DNA of 64,000 nt from positions 17,995-81,994 of the forward strand of contig QKCL01000067.1 in the NCBI GenBank assembly GCA_003246895.1. Reading direction: 5' to 3'. Under the pieces are notes generated by a model. That model was not told the origin of the DNA, searched no databases, and worked only from the letters and a program-made list of their open reading frames with translations. Each line of letters starts with the position of its first letter. The stretch's first letter is position 1. A program made the position numbers and the translations under genes. This document shows, one piece after another, positions 30,348-39,431 of the stretch. The stretch comes from Spirochaetota bacterium (lineage in GTDB: Bacteria; Spirochaetota; UBA4802; UBA5550).

Positions 30348-30835
30348 CATCCTGTTATGCTTTTTGCAGGCAGTCATCGTGTCTGCACTGTCGCCGATTT
30401 CAGGATGAAAAAGAGGCGGCTGGCACGGCCGAATCATTTATATTATCCACCTGAAAATTTAATTACTGAATTCCTGACCTGTAATTTTCTGTAAATAGGG
30501 ATATCCTTTGGTTCTGATAAAGGTTATTGTGCCCCTTTTCAGGGCTGGGGGTTCTCCTTAACTGTGTCATTAACTTTATGAAATTCCTACGAAACAAGGT
30601 AAATATCATATATTTACATATGAAATTTGGGGGTACTAGAAGAACTGATAGACTGTGCAGCGTCTGACTCTGAGCTTAAAGATCAAAAAATGCAAAGATA
30701 AAAAATCTCAGCAAACATTAAGTGCAAAAAAAAGTTGATTTTTTGCCCAAATTGCTTTTAATATATGAATGCAAAAGTTATGTGAAATTACATGCCCGAC
30801 TGAGTCCATGTATCCATCACATCTAAGAGGTAATC

Positions 30836-32440
30836 ATGCTTAAAAGAATTAAATTTTTATCTGTTTTAATATTCCTTATAATTTCATTTGCGAATTGCTC
30901 AAAGCAACAGAACGTCAATTTTATATTTATTACCGGCAGTAAAGTAAAACTGATGAGTGAACCATCGTCAAAATCAAAAAGACTGCAATATGTTAAATGT
31001 AATGAAATAATTAGCCATATTGAAGAAGTTAAGGTTGATAATGACCGCTGGTTTAAAGTTAAAATAGGAAAGTTAACAGGTTATATTGAAAACAGCAGAG
31101 AAGATAAGGAGGAGATTTCTGTATTCTATAAAAACGTATCAAAAGAATGCGGTGTCGCTCTGACCGATCCCGTAGAAGTTTACAGTATTCTTAATGCAAC
31201 GACTGCCCCATTATTTAAAATAAATAGAGGTAATTATTTTTATATTGAAGCCCAGGAAGGTGATGGAGATAGCTGGTTATATATAAAAACACAAAGCGGA
31301 AAAACAGGCTTCATCCTTGGTTCTCAAATTCTGAGAGGTGATTTAAAAGCTGTTCAGACCATAAGTAAAAGTAAACTTGAAAAAGTCGATGCATGGGTTC
31401 AGGTATCTGTTGATAAGCCCAAATTCTTAAATATTCCCGGCCCTTCGGGTAGGTTGGTAACAAAGAAAGATCCGGCCAAATGTACTCACAGGCTGGAACT
31501 GTATCCGAAGAAAAATGGATTTGCTCCTGTATCCGAAAAAATTTCAATTAATGGTATCAACTATTTTCATGTAGAAAGGATGTTTAGTTCGGGTTGTGGT
31601 TGTGAAGGTGGGATAAATGCATGGATATCTGAAAAAGATGTACTGTTTATTCCTGACTTTTTTGCATATTCCCTGAAACAGAATCAAACACATCTTGATA
31701 AGAATTTATTGGAACTCCTGAATAGAGAAATAGCAGGTAATTTAAACGCTGCTACAGTGAATATAAAGAAAGTGAATCTGGGTGAAATAATGCCCGAGGC
31801 AGAATTTTTTAAGGTTCGTTGTGAAAAGGGTGATCAGACTGCATTTGGAGATTCTGATACAGTTGCTTATAATTATTTTCTGGTCGCTAAAAGGAATAAT
31901 AAATATTTAGTTCTCCATTCAATGAAAGTATCTGATATTGATAAAGATGACTGTATGAATTCTTCTCAAACCCGTAATTACTGGAATGAAGAGTTGTCTT
32001 ATCTGATAATAAGAGACATTGATCAGGATAATAAGTTTGAATTGATTCAGCTTGACTCAGGGGAGGCTGATTTAAGTTTTATTGTTTATCGCTTTGTTGA
32101 TGGCAAATATAAAAAAATAATTCAGTTTGGAGTTGGTGGTTTAAGATGTGTTGCGTTTGATGATATTCGTAAAATGGATTTCAGACACATAGTGTTCTTT
32201 AAAAACTGTTACGGACCAAAGGGGAAGAAAACAGAATGGATGCCTGTAGTCAAACTTGATCGTCCTCCATTTGACAAAAAATATGAAAATAATGAAATTC
32301 GTGTCCTGGAATTCAAAGACGGTGAATATGTGGAAATAGATGCTGATGGTTCTGGTCTTGATTTCAAGAAGTCATACAATGAATCCCTGCCATGTACGGA
32401 TTGTCCGAATACTGAAAATTTTGCATGTAAAGCTAAATGA
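30836..32440 (+). CDS. Lipoprotein with SH3b-like domains
   Basis: Lipobox FANC; DRWFKVKIGKLTGYI and SWLYIKTQSGKTGFI repeats; AGAGG RBS. Confidence 0.65.
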   Translation: MLKRIKFLSVLIFLIISFANCSKQQNVNFIFITGSKVKLMSEPSSKSKRLQYVKCNEIISHIEEVKVDNDRWFKVKIGKLTGYIENSREDKEEISVFYKNVSKECGVALTDPVEVYSILNATTAPLFKINRGNYFYIEAQEGDGDSWLYIKTQSGKTGFILGSQILRGDLKAVQTISKSKLEKVDAWVQVSVDKPKFLNIPGPSGRLVTKKDPAKCTHRLELYPKKNGFAPVSEKISINGINYFHVERMFSSGCGCEGGINAWISEKDVLFIPDFFAYSLKQNQTHLDKNLLELLNREIAGNLNAATVNIKKVNLGEIMPEAEFFKVRCEKGDQTAFGDSDTVAYNYFLVAKRNNKYLVLHSMKVSDIDKDDCMNSSQTRNYWNEELSYLIIRDIDQDNKFELIQLDSGEADLSFIVYRFVDGKYKKIIQFGVGGLRCVAFDDIRKMDFRHIVFFKNCYGPKGKKTEWMPVVKLDRPPFDKKYENNEIRVLEFKDGEYVEIDADGSGLDFKKSYNESLPCTDCPNTENFACKAK

Positions 32441-32791
32441 TTCTTGAAGTTATAATGATATCGTTTAGCTTGCGGAGTTTTCTCTGTATCTCAACAGAAC
32501 ATTTTAATTACTGAATTCCGGTGACTGAATATTCTGCAATAACTGTATTGCTTTATCAGTAGATTTTACCATGAAACTAAGACGAAACAATAGAAAAAAA
32601 ATTCTTAAATCCATTAGTGTTAATGCAGTTTTTTATCCTGTCCACCTGTGGCAGTTCTTTGTTTTTTAATCGGGACAGGATACTGTCATTGCATAATCTA
32701 TATTTCTTAAACCTCCTTCAAAAATAACTTGGTTTTTTTATCTCATATGAAAATTATGACTCCTGTTGTAGAATAAACCGGATGGTGATAT

Positions 32792-33286
32792 ATGGAGTTT
32801 TCAATTAATTTCACAATAGCTGCTGTGGTTATCTTTGTTGGTACCATGGTCGTATTTTCCTATATTTTCAAGACAACCGATCTTGAAAATATAGATCTGC
32901 TGCCTGGAGAGGAAATACTTTTTGAGGAAAAAGGTGTGAAGGTTGAACATGGCGGAGTAATAAAGGGGGCAGTGTTTTTAAACTGCCTTGTAAGAGTGAC
33001 AAACATGAGGCTTATCATTGCACAAAAAGGAATCTTCAGAGAATCTTATTTCATAAGACATGTCATCGATTATTCTGTTCCTGAAAATTCTGCCGATAAA
33101 AGCAAGAAAAATTATTTTTCAGCTGTTGTAGACAGGGAAAGGATACGCCTTGAGGATGAACCCGGAAAGAAGGGCAGAACTTTTGTGATCGTTGAAATAC
33201 CATATTCCTCGGGAATGAGCGGTCAGTATATAAGATTTATCACTTCACGGGTAGATGAATTTAAAAATCAGTTTATATACGGGTGA
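32792..33286 (+). CDS. Membrane-anchored hypothetical protein (PH/GRAM-like)
   Basis: N-terminal TM helix; LLPGEEILFEE, VRVTNMRLIIAQ. Confidence 0.6.
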   Translation: MEFSINFTIAAVVIFVGTMVVFSYIFKTTDLENIDLLPGEEILFEEKGVKVEHGGVIKGAVFLNCLVRVTNMRLIIAQKGIFRESYFIRHVIDYSVPENSADKSKKNYFSAVVDRERIRLEDEPGKKGRTFVIVEIPYSSGMSGQYIRFITSRVDEFKNQFIYG

Positions 33287-33308
33287 GGCATAACCCCACC
33301 CGTATATA
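33274..33308. terminator. 12-bp hairpin between convergent genes
   Basis: TATATACGGGTG-N11-CACCCGTATATA. Confidence 0.65.
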
Positions 33309-33310
33309 CG

Positions 33311-34894
33311 TTATACTCCTTCAGAAGTTTCAGGTTTGATCCTTTTTCCTCCTGTTTTTTTCATGAATTCGATCTTGTTCAGTGCGTCGACGAATGAATG
33401 TACTCCTGCAACTGAAATATCTATACTCATTCCGCTGCCGAATACCTTAAGAACGCTCCCTTCGTATTCCTCTTCAACGATGGATGATACTTCACAAAGT
33501 GCATCGGATCCGCCTGTAATTGCGACAAGATTGAATGCCTTGAGACGTGCCTTTGTTCCGGTAATTTTTTTAACTGCATTGATTCCTGCATCAACGCCGC
33601 CGTTTCCATGGGCTACTTCAAATACCTCTTCATCATTCTGGTCGTGGTCCTTCAGTGTAACCATGGACATGGGGGGGGAGAACATGCCGGTTGAAATCTG
33701 TATGTTCTCAACACTGTATCTCCAGTCCTGCTCCTTCTTGTGAAGAACTTCGCCTGTTATGGCAAGAAGGTCTTCGTCAAAGATCTCCTTCTTTCTGTCC
33801 GCGATTGATTTGAACTTTTCAAAGAAAGCGTCAATTTTTGACTCTTCAATTTCATGGCCCAGTTCCTTGAGTCTTGTAAGTACCGCGTGACGACCGGAGT
33901 GCTTTCCAAGAACAAGTTTTGATTTCTGAATTCCAACATCTTCAGGCTTCATTATTTCATATGTCTGGGCGTTCTTCAGTACTCCGTCCTGGTGGATTCC
34001 CGATTCATGGGCGAATGCGTTTTCTCCTACAATAGCCTTGTTTGGCTGAACAGATACACCGGTAATATTTGTCAAAAGCTTGCTTGCAGGCACAATCTGT
34101 CTTGTGTCGATATCTGTATAGACATTGAAGATGTCGCTTCTTGTCTTTATTGCCATTGCGAATTCTTCGATTGCGGTGTTCCCGGCTCTTTCCCCGATAC
34201 CGTTTATTGTACACTCAACCTGTCTTGCTCCTGCCTGTACTGCGGCAATTGCATTTGCACCTGCAAGTCCAAGGTCATTGTGGCAGTGTACAGAGATTAT
34301 TGCTTTATCTATGTTTTTTACATTGCCCTTTATATATCTGATAAGGTCGTAGAATTCATTTGGAACCGTGTATCCCACTGTGTCAGGAATGTTCAGTGTG
34401 GTTGCACCTGCTTCAATGACTGCTGAAAGCATTTCGCAGAGGTATTTCCAGTCGCTTCGTGTGGCATCCATGGGGGAGAATTCAACATTCTTTGTGAAGC
34501 TTTTTGCCTGTGTAACCGCTTTAACTGCTTCTTTCAGTACTTCATCTCTTGTCTTTTTAAGCTGATATTCAATATGAATGTCTGAACTTGAAATGAATGT
34601 ATGTATTCTTGGATTCACGGCCTTTTCAAGAGCGCGTCCGGCTGCTTCGATATCCTTTGTGTTTGCCCTTGCAAGCCCGGCAACCTGTGCCTTTTTTATT
34701 TTCTGTGCAATGAGTTCTGTTGCTTCAAAATCTCCGTCTGAAATTACCGGAAATCCGGCTTCTATTATATCTACTCCAAGTCTTTCAAGCTGCTCGGCAA
34801 TAAGGATCTTTTCCTCCATGTTCATTGAAAAACCGGGGGCCTGTTCTCCATCCCTTAGGGTTGTGTCGAATATAAATATTTTTTCCTTGTTCAT
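33311..34894 (-). CDS. leuA: 2-isopropylmalate synthase
   Basis: DTTLRDGEQ, PDTVGY, HCHNDLG, HESGIHQDG, GKHSG; C-terminal regulatory domain GNGGVDA. Confidence 0.95.
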   Translation of the reverse strand: MNKEKIFIFDTTLRDGEQAPGFSMNMEEKILIAEQLERLGVDIIEAGFPVISDGDFEATELIAQKIKKAQVAGLARANTKDIEAAGRALEKAVNPRIHTFISSSDIHIEYQLKKTRDEVLKEAVKAVTQAKSFTKNVEFSPMDATRSDWKYLCEMLSAVIEAGATTLNIPDTVGYTVPNEFYDLIRYIKGNVKNIDKAIISVHCHNDLGLAGANAIAAVQAGARQVECTINGIGERAGNTAIEEFAMAIKTRSDIFNVYTDIDTRQIVPASKLLTNITGVSVQPNKAIVGENAFAHESGIHQDGVLKNAQTYEIMKPEDVGIQKSKLVLGKHSGRHAVLTRLKELGHEIEESKIDAFFEKFKSIADRKKEIFDEDLLAITGEVLHKKEQDWRYSVENIQISTGMFSPPMSMVTLKDHDQNDEEVFEVAHGNGGVDAGINAVKKITGTKARLKAFNLVAITGGSDALCEVSSIVEEEYEGSVLKVFGSGMSIDISVAGVHSFVDALNKIEFMKKTGGKRIKPETSEGV

Positions 34895-35005
34895 AATGAT
34901 GCTCCTGTTATTATTGAATGTTCGGTTTTATGGTAAATAGATTACGAGACTAAACGGGAAAATCATCCCTGCACCTCCCAGTGGGTTTACCCACATCCAG
35001 AATGT

Positions 35006-35043
35006 AAAAAAAAAGCCGTCACTTTTTTTCGTGACGGCTTTTT
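35006..35043 (-). terminator. Attenuator terminator in the leuA leader
   Basis: Minus strand AAAAGCCGTCAC-GAAAAAAA-GTGACGGCTTTTTTTTT. Confidence 0.85.
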
Positions 35044-35067
35044 CTATTATCAGTTTAAAAAAAGGCA

Positions 35068-35151
35068 TCACGAAACCGGACCAGCTTTGAGCAGGTTGAG
35101 AAAGAGGAGACCGAGTAGTAAGTTTGCTATGTCAAATCTTTCTGTTTTCAT
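35068..35151 (-). CDS. leuL: Leu-rich leader peptide (27 aa) of the leuA attenuator
   Basis: MKTERFDIANLLLGLLFLNLLKAGPVS; 8 Leu in 11 codons; AAGGA RBS; stop overlaps the antiterminator arm. Confidence 0.8.
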   Translation of the reverse strand: MKTERFDIANLLLGLLFLNLLKAGPVS

Positions 35152-35198
35152 AATTTCCTTTTGAGATTTCTTATTAAATGATTTTATCTCTGTCAATA

Positions 35199-36893
35199 TT
35201 AAATTTTAAATTTTTTAAATTTTCTTGCAAAATGTTTTTTGAAAATTTTCATTCCCAGCTCGTTCTGGTGTTCAATTATCTCGTTGAGAATCCCTTCTGT
35301 TGTGAGTGGGTTGATTGTAATTGCCCTGAGTATGACGCAATTCTGGTAAAAGTACTTGGGGATGTCAAACATTGTCCTTGAAACAAAGCTTTCATCCTCT
35401 TCCCTGATTGACTTATGCAGCTCTATGTTGAGATCGTTGAGGACAATATTCATTTTTTCCAGCTCCTCTGCGTCCTTTTCGACTTCTTTGCCGCATTCAC
35501 CATTTGCCCATGCTGAAGAAACTCTATCCCTTAAAACTTTGATTTTTTCATGAACTTCCTTTGGAATAAAACGGTAGTTGAAAATAAAAAGTTCAGGTTC
35601 GTTCATGGCTTCAAAATTATCATGTTCAACTATGATTTTTTTCAGGGAAGATGTAAGCTCAAAGGCATGATCGAAAATGAGCTTGAAACCGTTTCTGCCT
35701 ATTATCTTTATTGTAGCCCATGCCTTGAGTGATGAAAAAGGTCTGGATCCTTCAACTGAAAACCTTCCGATATCAAATGAATCTTTTCGGATGATATAAT
35801 TTGAGGTATGCATGAGATGTTTGGCATCGGAACCGTCTCTGAAGTATATCATTCCAAGGGACGGGGGGGCATATAGAAGTTTGTGAGCGTCTATTGTAAC
35901 GGAGTCGGATTTTTCAATGCCCTTGAACATGTCTCTGTACTTGTCGACCAGCAGCAGCGATCCTCCCCATGCTGCATCAACATGGAAATGTGCGCCATAT
36001 TTGTCTGCAATGCGTCCTATTTCTTCCAGGTCATCTATGTTTCCTGTTTCTGTCGTTCCCGCAATGCCGACAATTGCAATAATTTTGGTTCTTGGACCTC
36101 CGGCCATGTTGGCTTTTTCAATTTCATCGCATCTTGCTTCGAGAATCTTTGTGTCCATCTTGTTGTTTGAGTCAATTGGAATTTTGATTACATTATTGCC
36201 GCCTATTCCGAGTATCCTTCCAACCTTATCCAGAGAATAATGGCCTCTTTTGGAAACAAAAATAACGGACCGGTCGTAGCCGTAGTGCTTGTATGCCTCA
36301 TGTATCCCCTCAAATCTTACACCTCCGAAGTCCTTTGTTTCCGGAAACGCCTTGTTTCGTGCAACGAGGAGGGCTGTGAGGTTTGCCATAGTGCCGTCAA
36401 CTACCATATTTCCTAGGGCTATATCTTTGCTTTGAATATTTTTTTTGTAAAACTTGTTCGGCAGCTGATATATGAGTCTGTGCATCCATGCTATAAATTC
36501 CCTTTCGAGGAAAGTTGACGCCTTTGCTGTTTCGATTTTTACCTGATTCTGATTGAGTGCAGCTATGATCATTTCAAGAAGGATAATGAAATAGGGGATT
36601 GCACTGGTCATGTGGCCGATATAATAGGGGTTGCCCACTTTTACAGAGTGTGCAATTACCTTTGTTTTTATCTCATACAGCACCTCTGTAAGTCTCTGGG
36701 GCTTTGACGGCATCTCAGTATTTGAAAATATCTTTTCAAGGTCTCCAAGCTGGATGGAGCTGTGAATACCGCCCTTTTCAGTAAAAAAACTGTGAAGAAG
36801 GTCCAGTAATTCATTTCCAAACTCATGAAACTTATCCGCCGAATTGGGCATTATGAAAAGTTTCTTGATATGTTCCATGTTTGTGGGGGTCAT
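35199..36893 (-). CDS. panP: Group II PLP-dependent decarboxylase, PanP-like aspartate 1-decarboxylase
   Basis: YIGHMTSAIPYF, NQNQVKIETAKA, GTTETGNID, HVDAAWGG, DAHK, GSRP. Confidence 0.78.
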   Translation of the reverse strand: MTPTNMEHIKKLFIMPNSADKFHEFGNELLDLLHSFFTEKGGIHSSIQLGDLEKIFSNTEMPSKPQRLTEVLYEIKTKVIAHSVKVGNPYYIGHMTSAIPYFIILLEMIIAALNQNQVKIETAKASTFLEREFIAWMHRLIYQLPNKFYKKNIQSKDIALGNMVVDGTMANLTALLVARNKAFPETKDFGGVRFEGIHEAYKHYGYDRSVIFVSKRGHYSLDKVGRILGIGGNNVIKIPIDSNNKMDTKILEARCDEIEKANMAGGPRTKIIAIVGIAGTTETGNIDDLEEIGRIADKYGAHFHVDAAWGGSLLLVDKYRDMFKGIEKSDSVTIDAHKLLYAPPSLGMIYFRDGSDAKHLMHTSNYIIRKDSFDIGRFSVEGSRPFSSLKAWATIKIIGRNGFKLIFDHAFELTSSLKKIIVEHDNFEAMNEPELFIFNYRFIPKEVHEKIKVLRDRVSSAWANGECGKEVEKDAEELEKMNIVLNDLNIELHKSIREEDESFVSRTMFDIPKYFYQNCVILRAITINPLTTEGILNEIIEHQNELGMKIFKKHFARKFKKFKI

Positions 36894-37104
36894 TCTTTTT
36901 CCCCTTCTATAAAATTTGATACCGGAAATATCTCTAAACCGGAAGTTAAAGTCAGATAATTGAATGGTTTCATTTTTTCAAGGTTTTTTTTCAAATACAG
37001 TCATTATAGTAATTTTAGAGCTCTCCGTAAAAAATACTAAATAATCAACGCTATCATGACGATAACATGATCAAGGCGTATAATACTCCAGTTAGGAAAC
37101 CCGA

Positions 37105-37419
37105 ATGAATTATATTGCAGATAAAGTAAAGATATGGAAGTTCCCCAGGGATATAAGCTTTGAAAGTGTTCCGGGATATCTCAATTCATTTGTGCCTAAG
37201 TCTGAATACGGGAAAGTTGTCTTCGATATGAAAGAGACCGAGACCTTTCATGCTTCATTTGTAGGTTTTCTGCTTCATGTGAAGAGTGTTTCTGAAAGGA
37301 ACGGCACTGCCTTCGATGTGCTGTTTTCGGAAAGGGCTGCCAGAACCATAAGAATGATGGGGCTGTTTTCACATTTCTGCATATCCCGTTCAGACGAACG
37401 TAACGAACTGTCAGCCTGA
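37105..37419 (+). CDS. STAS-domain protein
   Basis: VVFDMKETETFHASFVGFLL resembles the STAS DLSxVxFIDSxGL box. Confidence 0.6.
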   Translation: MNYIADKVKIWKFPRDISFESVPGYLNSFVPKSEYGKVVFDMKETETFHASFVGFLLHVKSVSERNGTAFDVLFSERAARTIRMMGLFSHFCISRSDERNELSA

Positions 37420-37444
37420 TTTTTTATTTAAAAATTAAAAATAA

Positions 37445-37473
37445 TTGACACAGCCGGGCTTTCGGGATAGTTT
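37445..37473 (+). promoter_or_regulatory. Sigma70 promoter
   Basis: TTGACA-N17-TAGTTT. Confidence 0.6.
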
Positions 37474-37508
37474 ACAAACTTCTAAAATTCTAACAGATAG
37501 GGTTTGCC

Positions 37509-37796
37509 ATGCTTTTTTCTGAATGCCAGATTGATACAGCAACAGAGGTGCTGAAATCGATTTCTCATCCAATAAGACTGAAAATACTCTGTTTTCTCCT
37601 TGAGGGAGAGAAAAATGTTGGTGAGATTGAACAAAAGTTCGGGTCAACCATTTCAAATATCTCACAGCATCTCACTGTATTAAGAAAAGCAGATATTATT
37701 TCCAGAAGAAAGGATGCCAATTTCATGTTCTACAGTCTTAAGGACAAGAATATTATAGCATTAATGGAAACCATGAAAAAACTCTTCTGCCAGTAG
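37509..37796 (+). CDS. ArsR/SmtB-family regulator
   Basis: LKSISHPIRLKIL, NISQHLTVLR, MFYSL. Confidence 0.9.
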   Translation: MLFSECQIDTATEVLKSISHPIRLKILCFLLEGEKNVGEIEQKFGSTISNISQHLTVLRKADIISRRKDANFMFYSLKDKNIIALMETMKKLFCQ

Positions 37797-39431
37797 ATGT
37801 TCAGCTTTAGAAGAACATCTTTTTTATTTCTTGCCTTAATCATATTCTACAGTAACAGCTATTCACAATCTTCAAAGATTATTTTGAAGGGGCTTCGTAT
37901 ATTCAGCCAGCCGGAGATTTCCAGAATTCTTGGATTAAACCTCAATGATACCGGCATCTCCAATGTCCGGATAACAATTTACAAAATAAAGAGTTTTTAT
38001 CTCAAAAACGGATATCCACTCATTGAGGTGTATAATCTTGCCAGCAGGGATGACAATATCCATCTGTTTATTGATGAAGGAAGGCTTGGGAGGATTGTTG
38101 TCACCGGGCTCAATTCATATTATGCCCTGAAGGTAAAACAGGTGCTCCGTTTCCCGGGCAATGTTTATAATCAGGATGTACTTGATAATAACAGTGAGAT
38201 GATTAAGGAGAATTTTCTAACAGCCGAGGTGTCCTATGAACTTGTCAAGGTCAAGGATTACAGCGGCAATTTTTTTCAGCTCGATGAACATCTCAAGAGT
38301 ATAGATATAATGAATTTTGAACTGGTGCGAATATTTGATGATTACCCTCCTGCCTATAATCTCTATATTCATGTAAAGAAACGCGATGGTTTTCTCAAGG
38401 GAAGAAATGAAGGGGGAGACAGTTCCTGGGGAATGGGACTCAGAATTGGGTTTCCTTCTGAATTAAAGCCCAGGGTATATTATAAAAAGAGAAATCTGCT
38501 GTTTCAGGAGGACCGGCTTGATGCAGAAATCTCAGCAGGGCTTGATGCAGGGCTTGACAGCCTGCTTGCTGTTCCCCCGGAGCTGAAGTTTAATCCGCCG
38601 GAATACACTTTTTCGCGCTTTACAGTTGATTACAGCATACCCCCTGGAATGGGTAAGCATTTTTCTCCGGTTTATAAATCTGATGTATACCATTCAAAAA
38701 GTTCCAGGGAGGATATCGGCCTTGAAACATACAGGTACTTAAAGGTGAATGAGATTCTGGCTCCGGGTGTTAATTTTTTGGGTAAATTTAATCTATATAC
38801 CGGTTTCGGTTATGAATTTATCGTTTTCCACGAAAATACCTATGAAGATTTTTCTGAGGAGTATGGCGCGGATGAGAAGATGAGTCATTATCCATATTTA
38901 GAGGCTCAGGTAAGTTTCGACCCGTTTTCCTGGTTTATAGGACTAAGAAAGTCCATGGATTTTTCCCTGAAATACCAGGAATTCTTTAAAAAAATAAAAT
39001 CCCGGGAATTTGAGGCAACGGGACTTGTGGAGAAGGAGTTTAAAAACCTCAGTATTCTATCCTTTAAATTCAGGGGAAATTTCATGTTCCTTGATGTGCC
39101 TTTCTATCATCAGAGTGATGTCAGCAGTGATTATTTTAAGGGTTTTACAGGTAAAGGGTTTTATTCCAGTAAACAGCTTTCATTATCTTCGGAATACAGG
39201 TTCTCCGTTTATCAGGATTATATTTACAGCGGGTTTTTTGTGGATTATACAGTATTTGAAGCCTATGGAGAAGAGATTTACGGCAACAAACGGGGAATTG
39301 TAGCAGGTACTCTGCTGAGAGTTCTTTTCTATGACCAGTTTGAATTCGGGCTTTACTGGGGTATGGACAGGCTCTTTCCTGACAGGGAATCCCAGTGGAA
39401 TCTGAAGATGAATCTTTCAAAGAAGTGGTGA
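37797..39431 (+). CDS. POTRA-like domain outer-membrane beta-barrel protein
   Basis: Signal peptide; FYLKNGYP and IDEGRLGRIVVTG (POTRA-like); aromatic beta strands; terminal W. Confidence 0.55.
   Translation: MFSFRRTSFLFLALIIFYSNSYSQSSKIILKGLRIFSQPEISRILGLNLNDTGISNVRITIYKIKSFYLKNGYPLIEVYNLASRDDNIHLFIDEGRLGRIVVTGLNSYYALKVKQVLRFPGNVYNQDVLDNNSEMIKENFLTAEVSYELVKVKDYSGNFFQLDEHLKSIDIMNFELVRIFDDYPPAYNLYIHVKKRDGFLKGRNEGGDSSWGMGLRIGFPSELKPRVYYKKRNLLFQEDRLDAEISAGLDAGLDSLLAVPPELKFNPPEYTFSRFTVDYSIPPGMGKHFSPVYKSDVYHSKSSREDIGLETYRYLKVNEILAPGVNFLGKFNLYTGFGYEFIVFHENTYEDFSEEYGADEKMSHYPYLEAQVSFDPFSWFIGLRKSMDFSLKYQEFFKKIKSREFEATGLVEKEFKNLSILSFKFRGNFMFLDVPFYHQSDVSSDYFKGFTGKGFYSSKQLSLSSEYRFSVYQDYIYSGFFVDYTVFEAYGEEIYGNKRGIVAGTLLRVLFYDQFEFGLYWGMDRLFPDRESQWNLKMNLSKKW

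Noticed and set aside
30343-30360. Integron attC site (CATAAC..GTTATGC)
   Set aside because: Only 18 bp, far below attC length; no L boxes, no integrase, and no such sites after other island genes.
30421-30437. Sigma54 promoter (TGGCACG)
   Set aside because: No TTGC -12 element at the required spacing.
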